From: Raillietiella orientalis
Lineage: Eukaryota
Length of the DNA: 64,000 nt
Assembly: GCA_036172245.1 (NCBI GenBank)
Contig: JAYWIR010000005.1
Location: 3,038,001-3,102,000 of the forward strand
Direction of reading: 5' to 3'
Shown: positions 53,499 to 64,000 of the stretch, in pieces
How positions within the stretch are numbered: position 1 is the first letter of the stretch
Layout of the letters: each line of letters opens with the position of its first letter
Translations under genes and position numbers: made by a program
Notes under the pieces: model-generated
Seen by the model: the letters and a program-made list of their open reading frames with translations, nothing else
Told to the model about the DNA's origin: nothing
The model's database searches: none

Positions 53499-54890
53499 TC
53501 AGCTGCACGAGTCTGACCGCTCTCACCGGTTGATGAGAGGCGGAGAGATTTCTGGGATTGCTTCCTGGCTGGAGAGTGCGGCTTTCACGCGTCGATCCCA
53601 GTCGAGGAACGGGAGTCGCGCTGACGCCGAGCATGGAGACAACTAGGCGCGAGAGGATCATAATAATCAGCAACAGTCGAGGTTAGGTTTCCTCTTGCTC
53701 TGGAGTCTTCGGCGACTGGTTGACTCGTTGACTCGCCAACAGTCCTTTCCTTCGGATCCCCTCCCAGTAGGTTTGCAACTCGCCCTTAGCTGAGGTTCCC
53801 GTTGCTGCCGCCTCTCATGTGCGGCTCGTCAGCGCACCGAGCTGGCATGGGAACTCAGCATCTGCTGAAACGGAAGATGAATTATGTCATCGGGAAAAGG
53901 GAACCTCAATTCACCCTTCCGCTCGTATCTTTCCTCAGCTAAGATCACTCCTAGAGAAGGCCGAGAGGCTTTCCTTCATTCCTCTGTCACACATAGGTAA
54001 ACGTTTGCTGCACATTTGCACCAGCATATTCTAATACAACTCTTTAGCAAATTCTTCTTGTCATCTTCCTGCGAGGATGTGCGCCTCCAATCTCCGAACG
54101 TTCCCATCACCTCATGAAAGTCGGAGACACTGTCGGAGCGAGTTACGGCCAGCCTGACGACGTGGTTCGCAGATACAGGGCAATCATCCCTTCCTCCCCC
54201 CCAGCATGTGCTCTCGAACTCGCCGATCTGCGGCGTCTTTGCAGGGAACTGGCAAAGCACCGGTAGCACACGCGGGGGTGTGCTGGGCCACTCTCCCACT
54301 TGCCGGGACTTCCGCAGATGAGCTTCTCCAGGAGTACAGGGGCGGAAAGGAACAATTCCGTTCAGCTAGCAAGGCTGTGACAATCAACACACCAGTGAGG
54401 GATTCGAGAGCACCGGCAGGATGGAACAGCAGCCGGAAAAAGAGGCCTCGATTCACGAGCACTGTCCTCTCGCCATCAGGATTCGAAGCATCAGTTTGTG
54501 CCATTGTCCTCGACTCATCGGGATCCTGGGACGCCGACAACGGCAACATTCTTTCGCAAGGGCTGGGAATTCCAGCCCCGAATCATGGCAGCGTTGTCCA
54601 GCAGCCAAGGTGGCTGGGACATACAGTGGATGAAGGACGCCTCGGATGGGATTCCCTTCAAGCGTCAGAGTTCGGATCTGCCTAGTCAAGTCATTCGAGA
54701 AGACCACCAACCTTTAGAGCCGCTCGGTGTCGACACTCAAGAAAATGAAGCTCTTTTTGTGATTCTAATGAAAAGTCTTTTCCTTTCGGTGCCTGCAGTC
54801 TTCAGCTGAAAACCACGTGTGCCCTGCCGAGTTTTAGGCACTCTTTGTGTTCGTGGCAGAGGAAACAAGGAAAGCAAATACGACAACATA

Positions 54891-54936
54891 TCTTAGCAAC
54901 CTCGTGCTAAGCCGACTTAGCACGAGGTTGCCAAGA
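54891..54936. repeat. Inverted repeat, 21-bp arms (1 mismatch), 4-nt loop
   Basis: TCTTAGCAACCTCGTGCTAAG-CCGA-CTTAGCACGAGGTTGCCAAGA. Confidence 0.95.
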
Positions 54937-56235
54937 GACCTGGATGAGTTTCACTCGGAAGAAAGTGTTTGAGAACTGGAAGCTGGAAGCTGTTGGCAGT
55001 TGACTCCAGCGGGAATGAATTCTCCGCGCGAAAACACGAAGATGTGTCTCAGTGGTTGATAGCGCAACTCTTACATCGGCAAATCACTCTCAAGGATCCA
55101 TTATAACAGGATACCATCGTGCACCAGGAAGGAGAATCGCATTAGGAATGCATTAGAGTTTCACACGTCCCAAGTACCCGGCAGGAATTCATCTGACGAA
55201 GCAAGCTAAGTGTAGCAGCAGTCCGATGACCTTATTCCCTGACCAGGTCACTGCTCCAAACTGGAAAGCGACCATAAGTGGGAAAGCAAAACCCTTATTC
55301 GGGAGTTCTTCTTGGTCCAACAGCTCTTTGTGACAGTGACGGGTTCACAAGGAGCCGTTCCTTGCTTGTTAACGCTAAATAACAAGCAAGGGATCGATTA
55401 GGACACAAAGGTAGCAAACACATCCAAGTGGAGAGAGGAAGGAGAAGGAGAAAGGTACGGGGGCCTTTTTTGCACCAAATCCTCATTCTCTCATCCATTA
55501 GTTCTTTTCCTGCCTTCTCAAGATTGAACTAATTAAAGAGTCGCCTTGCATGGCTCACTTGGGGTGCACTTCTTTGTTTCGAACGAACGAGTTCAGATGC
55601 AGGAAAAAGAAAAAAAAAAAACGTGCCCTCCTGCGCTTCGTAGGAGGGTTAGAGTCAGGGCACGGAACGAAAGGTTCACTCATAGCCGCAGCATAAACGT
55701 TGCTTCACTTGTGATGTGAACGGACGACCACAGTGCTTGAGGATTTCACCGTTCATGATTGCCGACCAGAAATTCCAACATATCCTTAACTGGAATATGT
55801 AGGGTTAGCTAAAAAAAAAAAAAAAAGTTTTCGGAAGAGTAAGAAGTTGTCATAATCAGGGAAGTGCACATGAAGGGAACCTCACTTGAAGAAGCTTTCT
55901 CGAGACAGCGAGACTCTTCGACCGAATTACGTGCACTGGAGACAACCAAGGAGTTCATTATCGGCATGATGAAATGTTGTTTCCAACGCTCCAGATGGTC
56001 TGTCACTCGTTGCACGAGAGAGAAAAGGGGAAGATGGAGGGTGAGGTGAGGAAGAGGCCCTCAAGGGCGGGCAGTTGCACGTAACGGAAAACTGGCGTTT
56101 CGGAGCTGCCGTCTTGCAGTGGATCGTGGACAGCGCATTTCTCGAGTCTTTGAGAGGATCCGCTCGTCAATCCCTAACGTTTTGCTCTCTCCGGATGTCG
56201 GTTCGGATGAAATGCAAAATCAAGGAACAACTTAC

Positions 56236-56492
56236 GCAGTATCTGAGCTCCAGCTGCTCGTAATAAATCTGTATCGTTTTTGCTGTGTCGATGTCGAGTG
56301 CGAGACCGAAACTCCTTTGCCACAACTCGTCGATTTCTCGTTCCATCAGCCGGTTAATCCCGTGGACCGTCGATCGAGTGCATTCTACCGTCTCCAAGTG
56401 CGCTGCGGCATCGTTTGCTGATTTCCAAACGGCTGCGAGAGAATCCTTTGATCTCTTTAATTTTGCTATGGCATCTGCAATCTGGAATGCTC
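56236..56492 (-). CDS. Internal exon, helical hypothetical protein
   Basis: CTAAG acceptor and canonical TGC|GTAAGT donor bound an open frame AFQIADAIAKLKRSKDSLAAVWKSANDAAAHLETVEC..IYYEQLELRYC. Confidence 0.6.
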
Positions 56493-58860
56493 CTTAGATC
56501 CTTGCGTTACTTCTTTTTCTTTCACCTCTTTATTGCGACCAGCAGCTTCTGACAAAGCAGAATAGTTGCAAAACGACTGAAAGCCTTCTTCATCGCCCAG
56601 CTGATGGAATAGGTAATTGCCTGAAACACCAACACGTCAGTAACACAAACCGAAGCAGTGTGTAAAGCAAGGAAGAGATGAAGCAAATCTCAAGAAGCGT
56701 ATCGCAACACCGAAACAGATTCCCTCAGGAGAACACGAGCAGTGGATGACTCGGTTGGGGCACGTGGAACGGTAATACCGAAAAGCAGCCATAGCAGAAC
56801 TGATCTTGGAAATCACGTAAACTTTAAAGTTCAGTATCGGAATTTTTAATTCCGATCGTGGATAATCCTCAAACATGACAGAAAGATTTCGAGGGAGTAA
56901 TCCATTTGCTCCACGAGCAACCATTCATCCGCGAATTCATCTGCCGAATGAGCTTGATATATTATCTGCACTTTACTTTGGATAAGTAGAAAAGGAATTC
57001 TTGAAACGAAGGCTGGATTTATGACCTGAGGCTGCGGACCATTCTCTTTACTGATACAAAGAAGGCAGGAATTATGACAAAGTTGATGGTAACCCAGGTG
57101 TGGAATTCGGGAAACCAGGATTCTCGGATTTCATTTGCTAGGAAACGAGGAAAATCCACATCGAAGCGAGAAGAGAACTGTGAAGGGTCGATGGGAAGCA
57201 ACATTTCCTACGGGAAGCAGGAATCGAAAATCTTCAGATAGTTTTTTGCCTTTCCCTAAAGACTCTGGAAGTTACTTGCCAGGGTGCCCGCTCGTTCAAG
57301 AGACACAGAAAAGTCGGAGTCGACGCTCGCTGACGTTCGTACTGTTTGTGTTCTCAACCACTCCTGCTGTTGCTAACGTTCAGCCAACTGGGAAGGGTTT
57401 TCCCGCGTTCTGATGGGTAAGCGCGTCCACTTACTCAGCTGACTGATTCAGGAGGAACCCGAAGTCCTGAAAATGACCTCAGCCGAGCTGGAAAATTGAT
57501 TGGCTCCAGGCTGGTATCTCAATGAAGAATCATTGTCTGCATTTCTTCTTTACTCCAGACTTCAGCTTGCGACATGAGACAAGTAGCAGGCGCTTCACAC
57601 ATCGCAGGTGTCGGTGTGGTGGAAACAAGCTTCCTGTTTTTAAAAAAGGAAGAGTTTCGAGGTTGGGGAGGCAGTAGATGGACAGTAGACATCATATCTA
57701 GATGGTTCTGTTGCGTAGCGTCGCTCATGCGCTCGCGAGATCCGAGCATTCCTGAATGGCTTGCACTTCCTTGTCCAAACCTCGCTGCCTAGCGTGCAAG
57801 AAGGTGTGATGAGCGAGAGAGGCAGGATAGAGATAAAGCAATAAGCCCAAGTTAAAAGATGGCTTTGTGAAAGCAGGAACATCGAGCCAGATGGAGAGAA
57901 GGAAAGAAGAGCTAATCGAATTTATTTTCACGGCGTGATTGGCCATTAAAGAAGCAGCAAAGCATTCGTTTAAGAGGAGGGGGGAAGGATTCCTTTTTCT
58001 CAAAGTTTGCTTTGCTCTCCCGTCAGAGAAAGGTCTGACTGCTCGCCTCCCTACGTCTGGGAAAGAGCGGTAGTTCCAATACGACGACTTCTTGCGCCCA
58101 GCTAATTTGGTCAGGCCGACTTTGCAGCATCTTGGAATTGCGTCTGACGAAATCTTCAGTGCTGGAGAGTCTTCCCTTCTGGTGCGTCTCAAAGCCTTGC
58201 ATCAGAACTCAGAGGAAACAACAAATAGCTCAGTGGAGTGGAGGAAAAGCACTTGGGCCAGAGTTGTGCCGTTTAGTATCAATTTAATGTTAATGATGCC
58301 TGTCTGTTCATCTTTGCATCCTACTCGAGAAAAGGAAACACTCGAATCGTGAAAGCTGGAGAAGGAGAGTGGGGACGGGGTGAGAAATGTAGGCACAATG
58401 CATAACTAGGGACAGAAAATTTTTTGACCTTTTCTTCATGGTAATTGATTAATGATATGAAATTCTCCGAATAGTTGATCTAGGCGTATTCAGGACGGTC
58501 CTGCAGGCAGATATACCATGTAGCAAGAAATTCATCAAATTAGTTAATTATTTCATTGAATACATTTACACGATGCCATGCATCTTATATAAAATCTATA
58601 ATTACGTATTTGACAAGGACTTTCAGACATGTGCTAATTTGTAAGTACCATAAAGGCATGGAATATTCATGAATAGATAATATTTTAAATTAAGGCAAGT
58701 TGTCAGTAACAAATGCAACCAACATTGGTGCGCGTTTCTTTCTTCTCCGAATGCCTGTTTGGTATCAACAATTTGCGTACATTGTACGTTTGATTTGTAC
58801 ACATAATTTGGGTTAATTTTGACTAACTGCTCATAAAAAGACGTGAAATGCTCTTGGATC

Positions 58861-59020
58861 TATTCAGGGACTTTTGCAGCAGGAATGCCCTGAGAATGTG
58901 GTAGCGTTGGATTAACAGTTCTATAGAATGACTACCATTCAAGGAGATGAAAATAATGCATTGATCACAGGTATTTCTATGGCCCTATTCAAGATCCGTA
59001 ATGCCATCATCAAATTAGAC
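58861..59020 (+). repeat. Diverged direct duplicate of 60391-60604
   Basis: Shared blocks tattcagggacttt, tagaatgacta, attgatcacag, caagatccgt, taatgccat. The downstream copy carries an extra internal segment. Confidence 0.85.
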
Positions 59021-59549
59021 CCACAACAAATGGTAAAATGAAACTGTCAAAGTGTTAGAAACAGAAACAGCATGCCACGGATGAAATATTTTGCCGTGAC
59101 ACATTATGCTATCTATAGAGGGATTACTCAACGGGTGCGTGCAAACTTTCGGAGAAATCAGCTTCCATCATAAGATCTGTTTAATTGGCTTAGGCATGTA
59201 TCTATCTGAAAGTTCATGAATGCTGCGAGCTGCAGTGTCCCTTAGCAGACCAACGCATTCTACTCAACTGTGTCCCATCTCCACCATATCTCGAAAATTA
59301 GTCTAAGGACTCATTTAGACGTCCCCATTTTACGGAATTCTTTAGTAAAGGGCGAAAGAGCCATGGGTTAGAAAGGGGACCAGGCCTCAAACACGGTACA
59401 ATTCTGAATACGAACTATTTCTTATGACTGTTCTGAGCAGTCAGTATGGAAAAATGTATGCAGAACTTAGAATGCCTTATATGGATTGACCAGTGCATCA
59501 TTCCAGTGATAATGGTCTTAATTAATTGATTCTGAGTTTTCAAAATGTT

Positions 59550-60495
59550 GGTATCCAGGAAGGAGGACATGCACGATTTCCACAAACAGGAAAACCTGTA
59601 TCGTGGCTGTTCATTAATGTGTGGAAATCAATTTCGCACTCTGGAATCCAGGTGTCGGCTGGACAAAGCACCGCGAAATTACTGTACAGACGGAACCACA
59701 GCCATGTTCTCGAATAGCAGTGTACTATGGCTCGTACGTACAGCGTCGATGATGAGCTTCACTTCGTGATTTTCAAAAAATTCTCTGGAAGATCCTTGAA
59801 GCAGCTCCAACTGTGGAATAGAAGAGCTTGGCTATTTCCTGGAAGTTGACAGGTTTCGAAATGGCCACGGAATTCACATCGCAAGCAAAAAAGTAGACTT
59901 TAAGATATGAGTAGAGGTCTTACTGGCGCCCACTTATTTGTTTTCGAGCGAAATTTCGGTTCTTTCTCTCAGCCATCATCAGAAGATATTCATGGAGGAA
60001 CTTTCTCGAGTTATTGCCTCCACCCAGTCAGACTTGAATGAATTTTTTTCTACTGGAGGCTCACAGGAAAATTGAGAATTTCACTTTTATAGCTTTCAGA
60101 GTTCCAAAGGCTTTTTGTAGGTGGATCTTCAGCGTTAGTGGTCGTAATAAAGAAGCTGACACAGCGTTTATAGTTATGGTGTTTTTAAATGGGAAAATTT
60201 CCATAAAATTTTAACTGCCGAAAAAAGAGTTGCAAGTCCATTCTTCCGTGGAAAACTTGGATACGAGGTCATCAACAGAAGTAATGCAACATTTGAAGCC
60301 CGTGGATGTTTTTTCTCATCGATTTTTGCCATGGCATCCAGAAAAGTGAAATTCTATCAGTGAAATTTCATTTCTGATAAGCTGCAAATTTATTCAGGGA
60401 CTTTCGCAACGGGAAATTCCTGAGGATCTCATGGAGTCTAAAGCATTGGTTTTAGAATCCGTTCTCCTTCTATAGAATGTAAACAGATTACCCAT
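59550..60495 (+). pseudogene. Degenerate Ser/Thr protein kinase domain
   Basis: In order: EGGHA..QTGKPV (59559), AKLLYRRNHSHVLE, YYGSY, VDDELHFVIFKKFSGRSLKQL, FRGKLGY-EVINRS (about 60240), KPVDVFS, FAMASRK, REIPEDL..KALVLE..NRLP (to 60493). Many stops and frameshifts. Subfamily not assignable. Confidence 0.5.
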
Positions 60496-62814
60496 TCGGT
60501 AGAATGACTATTATTCAAAGTGATCAAAATGGAGTATTGATCACAGATATCTCCATGGTCCTATACAAGATCCGTTATAATGCCATTATCATCGTATTGG
60601 ACACGCTGCAGTCAGTGACAATTCTGCAGCCATGGGTATCTGTATGACCGCCTTCCTGACTGCTCTTCTTTTCTAGATGCTGTGTCGATAAGGTAAAGCA
60701 TTCGGAGGCTTCAAATATGGTGTTATTACTGTTGGTGACCTCAGACCCAAGTCTTCCATGGAAGAATAGGTTTGCAAGTCACTTTTCCTTCACATCTATT
60801 CACTGATTCTTTATCGCCATGTGAGTTCGATTTATGTTTGATTGATTTTTGCACTTTTGAAATGGAATCGCATCTCGTAATAGTCGAGTTGAGATGTTTC
60901 AGACATACTTTTAAGTGAGCTTGTCCTTACAGCAGAATATTGCTCTGCATCTTAGCAACATTCAGTGATCTCTTTTCATCTAATGGATTCCCTAGATGGT
61001 GTAAACGCGAAACACGTATTTGCTATTGCAGAAAATAGGTCGTGCTCCAAATCTTCTATTTCACCGAAAGTTTGCTCATACTGCAACAGTGATATTCTTT
61101 ATGACTGCTGCTATTCCCGGTGTCCTGTCATCGTTTTCTTTAGACGGCTGCAGTCCTTGCAATGAACTCATTCAAAATTTTTTGTTTTTTTTTTTTCTTT
61201 TTTGACACTTCTCTTTCTCGTTTCTGAGTCCAGCAACCGTAAACTCTGTGCACCACAGTCAGAAAAACAGCAAGATCCACAGCTACCACTGGAACACAAC
61301 GTGAAGCCAAGCGTCCACTGAAGGTTCCTCTGTTTCTGGAAATACCTCAGAAGCTTGGTGTTCTTTGTTTTCAAACGGCATTTACCAGTATTGCAGCTAG
61401 GCGATAGACTCTGTTTAGAAGTTTTGTTTGGCTCAAATCAGTGCTTTTATCTTCATGTGTGGATGTTACCACGACTGTCTTCGATTTCTGCGCTTTCTGT
61501 TTGCGATTTATCGCTTCTTGCGTATGTTTTCCACAATATGAGTTAAAGTGTAATGCTTAATGCTTCCATGCTTAATTTCAGTTTATATATATATATGACC
61601 TTCAGCATTTGGCATTTCCATGAAAAATTCTTCGTATTGACGCTTCTCCTAATCCATGCTGGTTCGGCAGCTTGATTTTTCCACCCTTCATCCCTGAAGG
61701 CATCTTGTTTGTATTCTGGAAGTAATTCCCCTCTTCCTTGTTGGACATCCATCATACTCTGATCATGGCCGCCACCGTGTGTACCTCGCTATTTAGTTTT
61801 CTCTCCAGTCTTCTGCTGGCATAAAACACTGATCGCGTCTTGACTTTGAAAACGCCTTGGGTGGCTATCTCTCAAGCTCTGAAATGACCACATTCTTCTT
61901 CGTGCACGTGGCTCTTACGCGATGATTAACGAAAGGCCTGGAATGCTCGAATACGATTTACGTTGAGTTGCAATTTGTTGTTCTGTCTTGAAGGAACGCT
62001 CAATACAGTTCTCAGAGTTCATCACGCTGATGTCGTTGTCTACTTCCGAACTTATCGATATAAGCAGCACAGCATAAGAATCTTTTGTTGGGCAGTACTT
62101 ATGTAATGATGAAATGGAGGAAAATGAAACTCCCAGTTGTATCTGTTTTGTAACGGGGAACATCCCTTCAAGAAAACTGTGGATTCTTTGAATACTGAAT
62201 TGAATATTTTATTAAATACGCTACTCCTTTGAATGGAGCATCCTGCGTTCACGAATTGTACAGAACCACGAGTTGATAATCACCGCTTATTCATAATTTT
62301 TTTTTAAATAGAATAAACCACTTAGTTTGTCTACATCCCTGATGTCATTCTGTTCAGTATGCTTAGCAGAGAATCAAAGAGGATGAGATGGTATCTCCTG
62401 CACCTGCACGATGCCGCTTGCCACCTTACAGCATCCTGGATTCCAGCTATTCGATGATACTAGCGTTTTTCGGAACTTTTCCCCTCACCTCCTTCCGTCC
62501 GAAGAGATTTCCTCAAGTGCACATTTCACTTTACGCTTACGCCTAGGAAGCACTGCTAGCATTCATTCTCTACATATGAAACCATCATTTGTTCTTCCCT
62601 CCTCTGATGGCGGGTCAAACCATTACACGTACGAAATCATCATGTCTGATTTGCTTTTTTGCTTTTCTTGGAAATGAATATCCAGTCCGAAATGTGTTGA
62701 GGCCGCTTTACAGAACGCAGCAGTTGATGAAAGAACATGGAGGAAGCTATAACTAACGTGCGAGTTCCATGATGTTTTGTTCCCAGGTGCTCCCTAATGT
62801 GCTGGAATAGGAAA

Positions 62815-62853
62815 CCAGTCCAAATCTCCTTGTGGAAGGGAGATTTGGACTGG
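62815..62853. repeat. Inverted repeat, 15 perfect bp plus T-G and T-A pairs, 5-nt loop
   Basis: CCAGTCCAAATCTCCTT-GTGGA-AGGGAGATTTGGACTGG. Confidence 0.95.
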
Positions 62854-63003
62854 CTCCCGTTCCTCTGGTTCCCCTGGTATGCAGCACAAGAGCTGCTGCT
62901 TCCCTAAGAATGCAATTCAGGAAAGGTTTCAGTGCCCATTCATCTTGAAATTCGCGAGACCATGATGCGGTTCCGGTATTGCGGTCTACTAGACTGATTC
63001 TGG

Positions 63004-63246
63004 CTAAGTCTCGGAAATAGAAAATAGAGAACGGAACTCAGTGTCCAGCTGAATCTTGGTATTACCTGCTTTTATCAAATCCGCGGCCGTTTTTCTCATA
63101 TGCCGGAATGACGATTCATATGATCTCAAAACTTTCTTCAGCGTGTAGTACTCAGGGGGCGCTTTCGAATGGACCTGTAGCTCTCGTGACATCCTCTCCA
63201 TGTGGCACGTGCATCTTTCGACATTCCTCACAAATGTTTCAAAATC
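63004..63246 (-). CDS. Probable terminal exon, hypothetical protein
   Basis: CACTTTCAG acceptor, then DFETFVRNVERCTCHMERMSRELQ..SISET*. An upstream exon-like ORF lies at 63630-63850. Confidence 0.5.
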   Translation of the reverse strand, partial: DFETFVRNVERCTCHMERMSRELQVHSKAPPEYYTLKKVLRSYESSFRHMRKTAADLIKAGNTKIQLDTEFRSLFSISET

Positions 63247-64000
63247 CTGAAAGTGGAAAGATCGCTGGTTAGTGCTGAGAAGAAGCAAAGCTGCTGCAAG
63301 ATTAGCAGCAATTGTGAAGAGGAATTTCAGCACAATTTCTAAGGAAAGTTTCAAAGACGCACGAAAGGCAAAGGATCATGGGTTCTCGTGAAATACTCAG
63401 GGCGTTTGGAGATTTCAGAAAACCACCCGTTGGCAGGAGAATGGTCCATTGTTTTTGACCATCATCTAAAGGGTGCCAAGAAACGAAGTGCGTCCGCACG
63501 AATTCACTGTGGAAGCACCGGCAGTGCGAACTCTTTGTTTCGGGCAGTGCTTCCTGGGTAAGCAAAAGGCCTCTCTGATTCACGCGGTGTCCCCTCCCTT
63601 CTCGAGTGGCAACCGGCATCCACGAGGGCTCATTTGAGAAACTCTCGAGCAATTCTGCTCTCTTTCTCCTCGGCTTCCACGTACCGCTTTTTGTCCTCTG
63701 CTCGGACTTCTTTGGCTTTCAGATAGAAGTTGAAGAGGCCTTGGTCGCCGGACAAGCGCAGGCAGAGCACAGAAATACAGATTCCGTTCTCGAATTCGAT
63801 TGGGCGCAAGACTTCTTGCAGATGTATTTTTCCGTGTTTGTTACCGTGTAATGGAAAACAGAACGCGTTCTCTGCACTCGAATTTGCAATTTGCATCCCT
63901 CAAGATCGTAAGAAGCTCAGGATGTCGTTATCCCAGCAAGTGAGCCGTCCTGGCCAGTTTTTTCCATGGAACGTGGGACTTTCCCGCGAATCATCCTGCC

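Noticed and set aside
58078..58092. QYDDF as a reverse-transcriptase YxDD motif
   Set aside because: Wrong spacing and no other RT motifs nearby.
63350..63632. Apparent read-through of three TGA codons after REFLK
   Set aside because: A different frame (63302-63652) is fully open over the same stretch, so the reading is ambiguous.
1..64000. Reassigned genetic code (TAA/TAG as Gln, or all stops as sense)
   Set aside because: The best-supported exons and long ORFs use CAA/CAG for Gln and have no internal stops. Stops cluster in segments that are otherwise degraded.
1..64000. CRISPR array or prokaryotic operon/defence system
   Set aside because: No regularly spaced repeats, no dense operon-like ORFs, and the features are intron-containing and eukaryotic.

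Overview
Eukaryotic nuclear-type DNA with short GT-AG introns (about 58-64 nt where I could trace them), many long A/T homopolymers and two visibly GC-richer blocks (about 5.4-10.8 kb and 50.3-54.7 kb). I found no intact gene with a recognisable product, no tRNA, no CRISPR array and no intact mobile element. What I can recognise is degraded. (1) An isolated, strongly diverged 3' fragment of the 28S/LSU rRNA on the minus strand at about 25.2-25.8 kb, with substitutions in the peptidyl-transferase centre and sarcin-ricin loop. Its signature residues look animal (arthropod-like). (2) About five frameshifted or stop-ridden protein-kinase relics, most resembling land-plant receptor-like kinases (RLK/Pelle family). 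(3) Relics of a plant 2OG-Fe(II) dioxygenase N-terminus, an F-box motif and possibly a LINE RNase H. (4) Several splice-bounded exons of orphan proteins. (5) Two diverged short-range duplications and three strong isolated hairpins. The most notable points are the plant-like protein relics next to an animal-like rRNA fragment, and the uniform decay of everything recognisable. This could reflect a pseudogene graveyard, a low-accuracy or chimeric assembly, or non-natural sequence. I cannot support a novel biological system from the sequence alone. All homology calls come from motif recognition by eye, not database searches.
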